DNA of 64,000 bases from Steroidobacteraceae bacterium (lineage in GTDB: Bacteria > Pseudomonadota > Gammaproteobacteria > Steroidobacterales > Steroidobacteraceae), in assembly GCA_036262215.1 (NCBI GenBank), contig DATAJH010000106.1, forward strand, positions 3,207-67,206. Reading direction: 5' to 3'. Shown piece after piece: positions 1 to 9,901 of the stretch. A model generated the notes under the pieces. The model worked only from the letters and a program-made list of their open reading frames with translations. It ran no database searches and was not told the DNA's origin. Within the stretch, counting starts at the first letter, position 1. Each line of letters starts with the position of its first letter. The position numbers and the translations under genes are program-made.

Positions 1-1382
1 CGCTCGACGTCGCTCCCGATAAACCGCTCCAGCGCCTGGCGCGGATAGAGCATCAGGTAGGTGTTGGCGGCAATGGCATTCGAACGGTTGAATATGAAGC
101 GCTGCACGCGGCCGTCGCGCCGCCTGCGTGCGATATAGGTGCACAGGAAAAACGTCGGCGCGCGAATTTCCTGCGAATACCACGGCACGCGCCTGCTGCA
201 CAGGTACCCCTTGGCGACCTGTGCCTTGCCGGTCTCAAGATAGCGCCAGAGATCCGGGTGCTGCAGGCGAATCTGCTTTTCGGGCAAGCGACAGTCGAGA
301 ATCCATAGCGGCCGCGCCAACTGCGGATACCCGGCCGCATCCGCCTGCACCTCGTCCAGCTCCACGTGTCGCGGGCCCGGAAGAATGGGACGCAGGCATT
401 GGCGCGGAATTCCACGTTCCTGCGCCTGTCTGTCGGTCATGATGAAAAACCGGTTGGCACCTGTGGCAATACCGCGCTGTACGCGAAAATAGTGCCCCAG
501 GGTGGGCGAGCCGGGCTCACCGGCAGGCGCTGGCGCGGCCGGAAACCCGGTCCACTTCGCTGCTGCTTCGAGCCGGAATGTCGACACCATGCCGCGTGTC
601 TTCGGCCGGCTCAAGGTACCGCCGAAACTGAACTCCACCTGGTGTCCACGGCTCGGCCGCTCATTTCGAAACCACAGCACCGACGAGGACACCAGCGCGT
701 CGTCGAATTGACGTTCCGTGGGGTCGAAGCGATGGATGCGCAATAGCGTAACCTGGCGCAGCAGGTAGGTCTTGAGCTGCCTGCCATAGTTCACGTCCAT
801 GAATTCGCTTGGAATCAGCCATCCGGCGAGTGCGCCGCGGCTCATCCAGGCATGCGCCAGCAGCACGAAGTGCGCATACAGGCCCGCCTGACCGTTCAGT
901 TGCACACCGGTAGCGTGCATCGATCGCATCTGCAGCCGCGCCTTCACCGGGCGCTGCAGATGGTGGTGGCGTACATACGGAGGGTTACAGATCACCAGGT
1001 CGTAGCGTTCGGCTTCCGCTGGCGGCGGCGAAGCCGCAGTGAAGTCCTCGGGACGCAATTGCAGCGGCGTACCCTGCCACAACGCGTCGCAGGGTCGCGC
1101 GTAGTGCGGATCGATCTCGAAACCGGTGGCGGCAGTTATCAAAGCGGCCGGCCACTCGCGCAGCAGTGCCGAGTAGAACGAGCCGGTGCCGATGGCCGGA
1201 TCCAGAAATCGCACCGGCCTGCTTCCCAGCACCTGGTGCGCGTGGCGCAGCAGTTCCCCGGCCAGCGGCCCGGGCGTCGCGAACTGCCCGAGGCGGTTAC
1301 GATCGGCGTGCGTGCGCGCCTCATCCTGGGTTCTTTGAAGCGCCACTCGCTGCGCTTCGATAGCAACCAGACTGTGCGTCAA
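1..1382 (-). CDS. N6-adenine DNA methyltransferase (gamma-class, Eco57I/TaqI-like); C-terminus runs off the window edge
   Basis: Hand translation of the minus strand; absent from the ORF track because no stop lies in the window. Motifs: ...LGQFATPGPLAGELL...FLDPAIGTGSFY (SAM-binding FxGxG), ...YDLVICNPPYVRHHHL (catalytic NPPY), then a TaqI_C-like specificity region (...NRSNAIAANTYLMLYP...). There is no in-frame ATG at the 5' end. TTG at 1382, just after the ybjQ stop, is the first plausible start, so the start is uncertain. Confidence 0.8.
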   Translation of the reverse strand, partial: MTHSLVAIEAQRVALQRTQDEARTHADRNRLGQFATPGPLAGELLRHAHQVLGSRPVRFLDPAIGTGSFYSALLREWPAALITAATGFEIDPHYARPCDALWQGTPLQLRPEDFTAASPPPAEAERYDLVICNPPYVRHHHLQRPVKARLQMRSMHATGVQLNGQAGLYAHFVLLAHAWMSRGALAGWLIPSEFMDVNYGRQLKTYLLRQVTLLRIHRFDPTERQFDDALVSSSVLWFRNERPSRGHQVEFSFGGTLSRPKTRGMVSTFRLEAAAKWTGFPAAPAPAGEPGSPTLGHYFRVQRGIATGANRFFIMTDRQAQERGIPRQCLRPILPGPRHVELDEVQADAAGYPQLARPLWILDCRLPEKQIRLQHPDLWRYLETGKAQVAKGYLCSRRVPWYSQEIRAPTFFLCTYIARRRRDGRVQRFIFNRSNAIAANTYLMLYPRQALERFIGSDVE

Positions 1383-1387
1383 CTGCC

Positions 1388-1726
1388 CTACCCCAGCGGC
1401 TCGACACGCACCGCGGTACCGTATGCCAGCACTTCGCTGATGCCAGCACCAATCTCGGTCGCGTCATAGCGCACGCCGATGACGGCGTTGGCGCCCATTT
1501 CGCGCGCGTGCCTGAGCATCAGTTGATACGCATCATCGCGTGCACGTTCGCAAAGTTGTGTGTAGAGCGTGATGTTGCCGCCGAACAGGGTCTGCAGCGC
1601 CGCGCCGATCGAACCTACGATGCTGCGCGAGCGCACGATGATGCCGCGCACGATGCCAAAATTCTGCACCACGCGCTGGCCCGGCAGGTCGAATGCGGTC
1701 GTGACCTTGTCGCTGAAGATCGCCAT
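1388..1726 (-). CDS. ybjQ: YbjQ/UPF0145 family protein
   Basis: 112-aa [53 protein letters not shown]...YGTAV is the typical YbjQ-family sequence. Confidence 0.9.
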   Translation of the reverse strand: MAIFSDKVTTAFDLPGQRVVQNFGIVRGIIVRSRSIVGSIGAALQTLFGGNITLYTQLCERARDDAYQLMLRHAREMGANAVIGVRYDATEIGAGISEVLAYGTAVRVEPLG

Positions 1727-1863
1727 GCTTGCACCCCGAACGTTGCATCAAGACTGCCGCGCTGCGCGTCGGCGGTCAATTGAACTGGTGTTTCGCACCG
1801 CACCTCGACAAGCCGCACGGACCGATGGACCATAGGCACTCGACCACATGAGGAGGCCCAAAG

Positions 1864-2400
1864 GTGACCTATAGCAAACTAATCCCGCCTGCTGCCCTCG
1901 CGGCGTGCCTGATCAGCGCCTGTGCGGCTGCTCCGCATGCTCACGGCAATACCTCCAGCGCCGCCGCCCAGGCCCAGGCCCAGGCCCAGGCCGCGGCCCT
2001 GAATCCGGATTCGGCCAAGGCGGCGACGGCGATTGCCGTCAAACAGGTGATCGCCACCGAGCAGGCGTTCGCCAAGACCATGGCCGACCGCGACTTCAAG
2101 GCTTTTGTGACGTTCCTGTCGCCCGATGCGGTGTTCTTCAGCGGCACTTCCGTAAAACACGGCCCGGCGGAGGTTGCCGTGCAGTGGCGGCCATACTACG
2201 ACGGCCGCAAAGCGCCGTTCTCGTGGGCGCCCGATCACGTCGAAGTCCTGGCCTCGGGCAAGCTCGCGCTGAGCACCGGGCCGGTATATGAGGACGGCAA
2301 GATCGTCGGTCGTTTCAACTCGATCTGGCGACTTGAAGCCGACAATAACTGGCGCATCGTGTTCGACAAGGGCGAGGCGGTGTGCAGCACCAAGCTTTGA
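1864..2400 (+). CDS. lipoprotein with SnoaL-like/DUF4440 (NTF2-fold) domain
   Basis: GTG start 7 nt after GGAGG. Lipobox LISAC, an (AQ)n linker, then an NTF2-like pattern (...ATEQAFAKTMADRDFKAFVTFLSPDAVFF...WRLEADNNWRIVFDKG). Confidence 0.7.
   Translation: MTYSKLIPPAALAACLISACAAAPHAHGNTSSAAAQAQAQAQAAALNPDSAKAATAIAVKQVIATEQAFAKTMADRDFKAFVTFLSPDAVFFSGTSVKHGPAEVAVQWRPYYDGRKAPFSWAPDHVEVLASGKLALSTGPVYEDGKIVGRFNSIWRLEADNNWRIVFDKGEAVCSTKL
1966..1989 (+). repeat. (GCCCAG)x4 hexanucleotide tandem repeat inside the lipoprotein linker (encodes AQAQAQAQ)
   Basis: Read directly: gcccag gcccag gcccag gcccag. Confidence 0.8.
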
Positions 2401-2410
2401 GCCGTATCGT

Positions 2411-4066
2411 TCATGCGCTGCGACCCAGACGGCGCCGTACCGCATCACTCAATGCATGCAGTTCGTCGATATGCAGAGCGATGCCGCAGCCGACGAACAC
2501 CACTACACCCACCGCCACGGTCAACAGCAGCGATCCTAGTTTGCTGATGAACCCCTGCGTCGCCCAGTCAGCCAGCAGCCAGTGCTGTGACACCCAGCAT
2601 ATCGCCGCCAGTGCGGCCGAAGCCATCGCCACCTTGACCAACATCGCCAGCATGCGCCGCGTCTCGAGTCGCTTGAGTTGCTGACGCATGAGCCCATAGA
2701 GCACCAGAAAATTCAGACTCGCAACGCAGCCGGTCGAGAACGCGAGCCCGCGGTGCCCCCATCCGAGGCCGAAGGTGAAGATCCAGTTGAACAGCAGATT
2801 CAGGGCCACTGCCATGAAGCTCACCAGCATCGGCGTTTTGCGCCGGTCCAGCGCGTAGAACGCATTGACCAGGATTTTCAGCGCCGCGTAGCCGCACAGC
2901 CCTATGGCATAGAAGCGCAGCGCACCGGCAGCCTCCGCCGTCTGGTACGCATTGAATCTGCCGTGCTGGTAGAGCACCGAGATGATCGGCTCCGCCAGCA
3001 TCATGAGGCCAACCGCGGACGGGACCGTCAACAGAAACGCCAGTCGCATGGCGCGCGAGAGTTCGGCCCGGAACGCCGGCATGTCATCGGCGACAGCAAG
3101 GCGCGACAGCAACGGCAGTGTTACCGTGCCGAGCGCAACGCCGAACAGGCCCAGCGGCAGCTGCATCAGGCGAAACGCGATCGATAGCCAGAATATCCGT
3201 CCGTCGCCCAGGGTCGAGGCGAATATCGAATTGATCATCACGTTGAACTGTGTGGTTCCGGCCGCAATGACCGATGGACCCATGAGCGCCAGGATGGCGT
3301 TGACGCCGGCATCGCGCCAGGCGAAATCAGCATGGAAGTGGTAGCCGAGCCGGCGTAGCCGCGGCAGCTGCACCCCCAGCTGCAGCGCGCCACCGATCAG
3401 GGTGCCGATCGCAAGTCCAATGAGCGCGCGCGGACCGAAATGCGGATCGAGCCAGGCTCCGAGCAGCACTCCGCCGGCGATGGAGCCGATATTGAAGAAA
3501 CTCGAGGCCATGGCCGGCATGCCGAACACGTTCTTGGAGTTGAGCATGCCCATGACGAGCGCCGCGAGCGACACCATCAGGATGAACGGGAACATGATTC
3601 GCGTCAGCGTGACGGTCAGCGCCGCCTTGTCGACGTCGAAACCCGGTACCAGCGCGGCGACCAATTGGGGTGAGAATACGATTCCGATCACGCAGAGGGC
3701 GCTCAAAACGATCGTGGTCAGCGTCGCCACCTTGTCGGCAAGTCGCCATGCCGCCGCATCGCCACCGCGCGCTATGGTCTTGCTGAACGTGGTGACGAAG
3801 GCCGTCGACAGCGCACCCTCGGCGAACAAGTCGCGCAGTATATTGGGGATGCGGAACGCGGCCGTGAAGGCGTCCATGGCGGCGCCGCCGCCGAACAGGG
3901 CCGCGCAGATCTGCTCGCGCGCCAGGCCGAGCAGCCGGCTGCACATCACAGCCACACCGATGATTCCCGCCGCCCTGGTATTGAGGCGCTCGGTGCGCCG
4001 CTCCACATCGATCGCCGGGCTGTTGGGCGCATCGGCGGGCGGCGGCTTCGGTCCGGATGCGCTCAT
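2411..4066 (-). CDS. murJ: lipid II flippase MurJ (MviN)
   Basis: 551-aa polytopic ORF. N-terminus ...AGIIGVAVMCSRLLGLAREQICAALFGGGAAMDAFTAAFRIPNILRDLFAEGALSTAFV is the canonical MurJ/MviN signature. Confidence 0.95.
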   Translation of the reverse strand: MSASGPKPPPADAPNSPAIDVERRTERLNTRAAGIIGVAVMCSRLLGLAREQICAALFGGGAAMDAFTAAFRIPNILRDLFAEGALSTAFVTTFSKTIARGGDAAAWRLADKVATLTTIVLSALCVIGIVFSPQLVAALVPGFDVDKAALTVTLTRIMFPFILMVSLAALVMGMLNSKNVFGMPAMASSFFNIGSIAGGVLLGAWLDPHFGPRALIGLAIGTLIGGALQLGVQLPRLRRLGYHFHADFAWRDAGVNAILALMGPSVIAAGTTQFNVMINSIFASTLGDGRIFWLSIAFRLMQLPLGLFGVALGTVTLPLLSRLAVADDMPAFRAELSRAMRLAFLLTVPSAVGLMMLAEPIISVLYQHGRFNAYQTAEAAGALRFYAIGLCGYAALKILVNAFYALDRRKTPMLVSFMAVALNLLFNWIFTFGLGWGHRGLAFSTGCVASLNFLVLYGLMRQQLKRLETRRMLAMLVKVAMASAALAAICWVSQHWLLADWATQGFISKLGSLLLTVAVGVVVFVGCGIALHIDELHALSDAVRRRLGRSA

Positions 4067-4072
4067 TCAGGT

Positions 4073-4855
4073 TTACACGGCCAGACGAGCCCGGATCAGG
4101 ACGCTCACCAGCAGCATCGAAGCCGCGGCAGCGCGCATGCCGTCGACGGCGACCATACCGAGCGCCGCTCCGTTGGTGAACGGCGACTGACCGGCAGGCC
4201 ACGGCCGCAGCAGCAACCAGGCGACGACCATCAGTGACGGCAGCAGATAGGCGCCGATCCATGCCAGGCGCTCTGGCCGTGCAATGCGGCGTACCGGCGG
4301 CTCGAGCGGTGCCGGCGCATGGCGCAGCCATAGGATCAGCGCGGCGGCAACCACTGCCAGACCGATCAGGCTGCTGCCGTACTGCAACCAGCGATACAGG
4401 TGCAATGGATGACCGGACATTTCCGGGCCATAGTCCGTCAACAGCGGAAACATACGCACGCCGCGGGCATCTTCGTGCGTGAATGCATCCCAGATCAGAT
4501 GCGTACCTGCGCCCAGCAGCAGCGCTACGGCCGCGTACAGCCAGGCACCGGGTTGCCTGATCGACGCCGGCGGCGGCGCTGCGCGCAGCCGCACATAAGC
4601 CCGTTCCGGCACCACTTCGATCACCGCGGGTCTGATCAGCAGCAGCGTAAGCCAATAGATCGCCAGCCCTACCGGCAGGCAGAACGTCACCAAAGCCTCA
4701 AGACTGTGGCTCTGCCAGCGCGAAACGGATCCGGGCGCCAGCATGCCAAAATCCGGCACCATGCTGCCGATGACGGCCGCCGAAAATACGTTGGCGCGGG
4801 TAAATAGCCGGTAGCCCGGCAACACTGCGGCGATGTGCGATACGGTGAACGGCAT
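4073..4855 (-). CDS. DUF4184-family membrane protein
   Basis: 260 aa. MPFTVSHIAAVLP... start, several TM segments, and a GTHLIWDAFTHED His-rich motif typical of DUF4184. Confidence 0.65.
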   Translation of the reverse strand: MPFTVSHIAAVLPGYRLFTRANVFSAAVIGSMVPDFGMLAPGSVSRWQSHSLEALVTFCLPVGLAIYWLTLLLIRPAVIEVVPERAYVRLRAAPPPASIRQPGAWLYAAVALLLGAGTHLIWDAFTHEDARGVRMFPLLTDYGPEMSGHPLHLYRWLQYGSSLIGLAVVAAALILWLRHAPAPLEPPVRRIARPERLAWIGAYLLPSLMVVAWLLLRPWPAGQSPFTNGAALGMVAVDGMRAAAASMLLVSVLIRARLAV

Positions 4856-4861
4856 CGCGCC

Positions 4862-5446
4862 TTAACCACTCCAATCGCGCACGAACGCGGCCCGCTCAGG
4901 AGTGCGCGGCGGCGAGCTGTCCTGCACGGGTATCGAGCCCACATAGACGAAACCCAGGCAACGCTCCTGCGCATCGAACGCAAGCGCTGCGGCAACCTCG
5001 GGATCGTAGGCGTTGCCTCCGGTCAGCCATATCGCGCCATAGCCCTGGGCGTGGAATGCGTTCAGCAGGTTCATGACCGCGGCGCCGGTCGCCAGCAGCT
5101 GTTCCACTTCGGGCACCTTATGGTCCTGGCGCAGGCGCGCTCCCACGGCGAGTACCAGCGGCGCGCTCAGCGGCATGTCTCGGGCCTTGTCGAGCTTTCC
5201 CGGCGGTGTGGCCGGTTCGCGCTGCTGCAGGCGCCGTACAAACAGCTCCGACAGGCGCGCGCGCGCGGCGCCGCGAATCAGCACCAGTCGCAACGGCTTC
5301 AGGGCGCCATGATCCGGGGCGCGTAACGCGGCATCGATTGCGATATCGATCTGCGCCTGCGACGGTCCGGGCTCGCGCAACTGCAGTGCCGGCACCGAAC
5401 GACGCGACAGCAACATCTCGATGCTGTTGGACGCCTCACGCAGCAT
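4862..5446 (-). CDS. nitroreductase-family protein (YdjA-like)
   Basis: 194 aa. ...IEMLLSRRSVPALQLREPGPSQAQIDIAIDAALRAPDHGALKPLRLVLI... matches the nitroreductase fold pattern. The start overlaps the manB stop by 11 nt; an alternative ATG lies at 5416. Confidence 0.85.
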   Translation of the reverse strand: MLREASNSIEMLLSRRSVPALQLREPGPSQAQIDIAIDAALRAPDHGALKPLRLVLIRGAARARLSELFVRRLQQREPATPPGKLDKARDMPLSAPLVLAVGARLRQDHKVPEVEQLLATGAAVMNLLNAFHAQGYGAIWLTGGNAYDPEVAAALAFDAQERCLGFVYVGSIPVQDSSPPRTPERAAFVRDWSG

Positions 5447-6803
5447 CGAGCAACCGCAATATCTCGGCGGTCTTGTCCTGCATCAGCGACGCGTCAGCGC
5501 GCGATTCCACATTCAGGCGCACCAGCGGCTCGGTGTTGGAGCCGCGCAGATTGAAGCGCCAGCGCTCGAATTCCATCGACAGGCCGTCGGTGTAGTCGAT
5601 CGACTTGGCACGCGCCTGGTAATTGTGCTGAACGCGCGCGAGTACCGCCTTGGTGTCGCCGATGCGCTCGCTGATATGGCGATTGATCTCGCCGCTGGCC
5701 GGATACAGCCGCTGGCGTTCGCCCACCAGTTCCGACAGGGTTTTACCGGACTCGCTCATGACCGCCAGCACCAGTAACCAGGGAATCATGCCGCTGTCGC
5801 AATAGGCAAAGTCGCGGAAGTAATGATGCGCACTCATCTCACCGCCGTAGACCGCGTCGACTTCGCGCATTTTCTGTTTGATGAATGCATGGCCGGACTT
5901 GCACAGCACCGGCTGACCGCCGCATTGCTGCACGATCTCGATCGTATTCCAGGTAAGACGCGGGTCGTGAACGATGCGCGCGCCGCGGTGACGGCGCAGA
6001 AAAGCTTCGGCGAGCAGACCGACCAGATAATAGCCTTCGATGAATCCGCCATGCTCGTCGAAAAAGAAGCAGCGGTCATAGTCCCCGTCCCAGGCGAGGC
6101 CGACGTCGGCCTTGGAACGGCGAATCGCCTCAACCGTGCTGGCCCGGTTCTCCTCCAGCATCGGGTTGGGCACGCCATTCGGAAACGAGCCGTCGGGCTG
6201 GTGATTGATCTTGACGAAGTCAAACGGCAAACGCGGCTCGAGCTGATCGATGATCAGTCCGGCACCACCGTTGCCGGCGTTGACCACCACCTTCAGGGGC
6301 TTGAGCGTGTCCGCAGTGACGTAGCCCAGCAGGTGCTGCAGATATTTGCCGCTGGTATCGAGTGCGCTGACCACACCCGATCGGGCGGCGTTGCCCGGCA
6401 AGCTGGCGCCTTCGATCAGCGCCTGCATGTCGGCCAGTCCGGTATCGGAGCTGATCGGCCGGCTCTGCTCGCGCACGAATTTCATGCCGTTGTAATCCGG
6501 CGGATTGTGACTCGCGGTCACCATGATGCCGCCGTCGAGTTCTTCGGCGAAGGTTGCGAAATACACGCCCTCGGTTCCGCACAGCCCGATGTCGGCCACG
6601 TCGACGCCCGAATCCGTCAGGCCGCGCGCCAGCGAATCGCGCAATTGCGCGCTCGACTCGCGGATATCGCGCCCGACCGCGACCATCTTCGGTTTGACGA
6701 AGGCCGCGTACGACTGGCCGATCTGGTATGCCAGGGTGTCGTTAAGCTCATCCGGAATGCGGCCCCGAACGTCGTAGGCCTTGAAACAACGCAACTTGCC
6801 CAT
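5436..6803 (-). CDS. manB: phosphomannomutase
   Basis: 455 aa, collinear by eye with E. coli CpsG/ManB: KLRCFKAYDVRGRIPDELN, active-site TASHNPPDYNGMKF, GEMSAHHYFRDFAYCDSGMIPWLLV. Confidence 0.93.
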   Translation of the reverse strand: MGKLRCFKAYDVRGRIPDELNDTLAYQIGQSYAAFVKPKMVAVGRDIRESSAQLRDSLARGLTDSGVDVADIGLCGTEGVYFATFAEELDGGIMVTASHNPPDYNGMKFVREQSRPISSDTGLADMQALIEGASLPGNAARSGVVSALDTSGKYLQHLLGYVTADTLKPLKVVVNAGNGGAGLIIDQLEPRLPFDFVKINHQPDGSFPNGVPNPMLEENRASTVEAIRRSKADVGLAWDGDYDRCFFFDEHGGFIEGYYLVGLLAEAFLRRHRGARIVHDPRLTWNTIEIVQQCGGQPVLCKSGHAFIKQKMREVDAVYGGEMSAHHYFRDFAYCDSGMIPWLLVLAVMSESGKTLSELVGERQRLYPASGEINRHISERIGDTKAVLARVQHNYQARAKSIDYTDGLSMEFERWRFNLRGSNTEPLVRLNVESRADASLMQDKTAEILRLLDAA

Positions 6804-6854
6804 TCGCTTCCCTTTGGACCCTAGTGTGCAAAACCAGCGATATTAATCGCTTGA

Positions 6855-6920
6855 GGCGGGTATTGAGTACTAAGGGGATTTTTTTATTTTATAAAATCCA
6901 CTTAGTACTCAATACCCGCC
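6855..6920. repeat. long AT-centred perfect inverted repeat (hairpin) between manC and manB
   Basis: Arms ggcgggtattgagtactaag (6855-6874) and cttagtactcaatacccgcc (6901-6920) are perfect reverse complements (20 bp). After one mismatch, 7 more pairs follow (6876-6882 with 6893-6899). The loop is A/T only. Confidence 0.85.
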
Positions 6921-6936
6921 CCCTGCGTTGACACCG

Positions 6937-8355
6937 CTAGGTATTTGTACCCTGGCGTCCATAGCGATCTTCGAAGCGCACGATATCGTCCTCGCCGAAA
7001 TAGCTGCCCGACTGCACCTCGATGATTTGCAGCGGAATACGCCCCGGATTCTCGATGCGATGGCGCACGCCGATGGGAATGTAGGTGGACTGATTCTCCT
7101 CGAGCATGAAGGTCTCCTCGCCGCGCGTGATGCTGGCGGTACCGGAGACCACGACCCAATGTTCGGCGCGGTGATGGTGCATCTGCAGCGACAGCGCACC
7201 ACCGGGATTTACGATCAGACGCTTCACCTGAAAACGCTCGCCGACATCGATGCTGTCGTAACTGCCCCAGGGGCGGAACACTTCGCGATGCAGCGCATGC
7301 TCGTAGCGGCCGTAGGCTTTGAGCCGCGCGACCAGCTTCTTGACGTCCTGGGCCCGCTCCTTGGGTGCCACCAGCACGGCATCCTTGGTCTCTACCACCA
7401 CATGATCGCGCAGTCCCACCGTCGCCACCAGGCGGCTGGATGAGTAGACGTAACTGTCGTGGGTATCCTCGACCATGACGTCGCCAAACAGAGCGTTTCC
7501 CTGCGCATCCTGCTTGCAGGCCGCGTGCAGCGAGGTCCAGTTGCCGACGTCGCTCCAGCCGGCATCGAGCGGTACCACCACCGCATCGGAGGTCTTCTCC
7601 ATGACCGCGTAATCGATCGATTCGCTGCGACATTCACGGAATGCAGCGGGGTCGATGCGCGTGAAATCCAGATCACGTAGCGCGCCGGCAAAGCTGTTGG
7701 CGCACGCCGCGGCGATGTCGGGCGCGAATTTTTCGAGCTCCTCCAGATAGCGGCGGGCTCGAAACAGGAACATACCGCTGTTCCAGTAATAATCACCCGA
7801 TGCCAGGAATGCCTGTGCGCGTGACACATCCGGCTTTTCCACGAACTCGGCAATGCGATAGCTGCCACCTACCAGGCCGCCGCGCCGGATGTAGCCGTAT
7901 CCAGTCTCGGGATTGGTCGGGACGATGCCGAACGTCACCAGCGAACCGTTGCGCGCCGCCGCGCTCGCGACCTCGATGGCGCGATGAAATGCCGAGACAT
8001 CGGGGATCACATGGTCCGCCGGCAACACCAGCAGCAGCGGGTCACTCTCCTCGCCGGCCAATGTCGCGTGTGCCGCCAGTGCGATCGCAGGCGCGGTATT
8101 ACGCCCCGCCGGCTCGAGCACGATCGCGCGCGGCTTACAGTCGATTGAGCGCAGCTGTTCGGCGACCAGGAAGCGGTGCGCCTCATTGCACACCACCATG
8201 GGCGCAGCTACCTCCAGTCCCGCCAGCCGCCGTACCGTGTCCTGCAGCATGGTGTTAGTGCCGAGCAGCGGCAGCAGTTGCTTAGGATGCAGCTCCCGTG
8301 ACAGCGGCCACAGCCGCGTGCCGGCGCCGCCGGAGAGAATCACCGGTACCAGCAT
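6937..8355 (-). CDS. manC: mannose-1-phosphate guanylyltransferase / mannose-6-phosphate isomerase (bifunctional)
   Basis: 472 aa. [27 protein letters not shown]-terminal NTP-transferase motif. C-terminal cupin (...[27 protein letters not shown]...). Confidence 0.95.
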   Translation of the reverse strand: MLVPVILSGGAGTRLWPLSRELHPKQLLPLLGTNTMLQDTVRRLAGLEVAAPMVVCNEAHRFLVAEQLRSIDCKPRAIVLEPAGRNTAPAIALAAHATLAGEESDPLLLVLPADHVIPDVSAFHRAIEVASAAARNGSLVTFGIVPTNPETGYGYIRRGGLVGGSYRIAEFVEKPDVSRAQAFLASGDYYWNSGMFLFRARRYLEELEKFAPDIAAACANSFAGALRDLDFTRIDPAAFRECRSESIDYAVMEKTSDAVVVPLDAGWSDVGNWTSLHAACKQDAQGNALFGDVMVEDTHDSYVYSSSRLVATVGLRDHVVVETKDAVLVAPKERAQDVKKLVARLKAYGRYEHALHREVFRPWGSYDSIDVGERFQVKRLIVNPGGALSLQMHHHRAEHWVVVSGTASITRGEETFMLEENQSTYIPIGVRHRIENPGRIPLQIIEVQSGSYFGEDDIVRFEDRYGRQGTNT

Positions 8356-8358
8356 GAC

Positions 8359-9741
8359 TTACAGACGCTCCATGGTCAGGTCGGCGACACGTGGCTCGGC
8401 GTGCGGCACTCGGCCGCGACCGATCGCAAAATATTCGAAGCCCAGGCGCTGCATCAGCGCCGGGTCATATAGATTTCTGCCATCGAAGATCAGCGGCCGG
8501 ACCAGCAGGGATTTGAGCCGGTCATAATCCGGACTGCGAAACTCCTTCCATTCGGTTGCAATCAACAGCGCCTCCGCACCCTGCGCAGCCTCGTAAGCAT
8601 CCTTGCAGAATATCAGACTGTCCGCATGCTGGGCGTTCGCGTACAGCCGCCGCGCCTCGCGGCTCGCCACCGGATCATAGGCGCGCACGCTGGCGCCTGC
8701 GGCCAGCAGCGCATCGATGACGATCCGGCTCGGCGCCTCACGCATGTCATCGGTATTGGGCTTGAAGGCCAGGCCCCACAGCGCAAATGTGCGCCCACCG
8801 AGGCGGTCCTTGAAATGCGATCGCAGCTTTTGCACCAGCAGTGTTTTCTGCCGCTCATTCACGCTTTCAACGGCGCGCAGCAACGTGGCATCGTGACCGA
8901 CGTGATGCGCCGAGCGGATCAGCGCCTTGACGTCTTTGGGAAAGCACGAGCCGCCGTAACCGATCCCGGGATAAATGAAACTGTAGCCGATGCGCGGATC
9001 CGAACCGATGCCGATGCGCACCTTCTCTATGTCGGCACCGACGCGCTCGGCCACCGCGGCCAACTCGTTCATGAAACTGATCTTGGTGGCGAGCATGGCG
9101 TTGGCGGCGTACTTGGTGAGTTCGGCGGAGCGTATGTCCATGACCACCAGCCGATCGTGGTTGCGCGTAAACGGCTCGTACAGCGCGCGGATCAGCTCGG
9201 TGGTGCGCGGATTGTCAGTGCCGACCACGATCCGATCCGGCCGCATGAAGTCATCGATCGCGGCTCCTTCCTTGAGGAATTCCGGGTTTGATACCACATC
9301 GAATTCGATCGCCAGCCCGCGCGCAGCCAGCCCCGCCTGCACTTGCAGGCGCACCTGATCGGCGGTGCCGACCGGAACGGTGGATTTGGTGACCAGGATG
9401 GCATAGCGCGGCAGGTGCGCGCCGATAGCCTGCGCTACTTTCAGCACATGACTTAAGTCGGCGGAGCCGTCCTCATCGGCGGGCGTACCGACGCAGATGA
9501 GCTGAAACAGTCCATGCTCCACCCCGCGCGCAGTGTCGGCGGTGAATTCGAGACGGCCGGCGTCGCGATTGCGGTGCATCAATGCGTCCAGCCCCGGCTC
9601 GTGAATGGGCACCTCGCCGCTATTGAGGCGCTCGACCCGGGCGGCATCGATATCCACACACACCACGTGGTTACCGGCCTCTGCCAGGCAGGCACCGGAG
9701 ACCAGCCCTACGTAGCCGGAGCCAAAGATGGTGACTTTCAT
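8359..9741 (-). CDS. ugd: UDP-glucose 6-dehydrogenase
   Basis: 460 aa. [32 protein letters not shown] Rossmann N-terminus. Catalytic [11 protein letters not shown] motif. Confidence 0.95.
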   Translation of the reverse strand: MKVTIFGSGYVGLVSGACLAEAGNHVVCVDIDAARVERLNSGEVPIHEPGLDALMHRNRDAGRLEFTADTARGVEHGLFQLICVGTPADEDGSADLSHVLKVAQAIGAHLPRYAILVTKSTVPVGTADQVRLQVQAGLAARGLAIEFDVVSNPEFLKEGAAIDDFMRPDRIVVGTDNPRTTELIRALYEPFTRNHDRLVVMDIRSAELTKYAANAMLATKISFMNELAAVAERVGADIEKVRIGIGSDPRIGYSFIYPGIGYGGSCFPKDVKALIRSAHHVGHDATLLRAVESVNERQKTLLVQKLRSHFKDRLGGRTFALWGLAFKPNTDDMREAPSRIVIDALLAAGASVRAYDPVASREARRLYANAQHADSLIFCKDAYEAAQGAEALLIATEWKEFRSPDYDRLKSLLVRPLIFDGRNLYDPALMQRLGFEYFAIGRGRVPHAEPRVADLTMERL

Positions 9742-9901
9742 TAGTAACGGCTTGAAATAACAGCAAATCGGAGCCTAGCGGAAGCGCGCGGACAAGGCAA
9801 AGCGCAGCCCCCTGACGCGGCGTTCATAACCGGTTTGTTACCAGCTTGGAACCGACCCGGATACCTTAAACTTCATACGATGCATGCTTGCGGGAGCATG
9901 C

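Noticed and set aside
3327-4655. 442-aa ORF on the minus strand overlapping murJ and the DUF4184 gene in another frame
   Set aside because: It has Arg/Ala/Gly/Pro-rich low-complexity composition typical of off-frame shadow ORFs in high-GC DNA. The same DNA is already explained by two well-supported genes.
6855-6920. The manC-manB hairpin as a rho-independent terminator
   Set aside because: No U/T tract follows the stem on either strand. It is kept as a structured repeat of unknown role instead.
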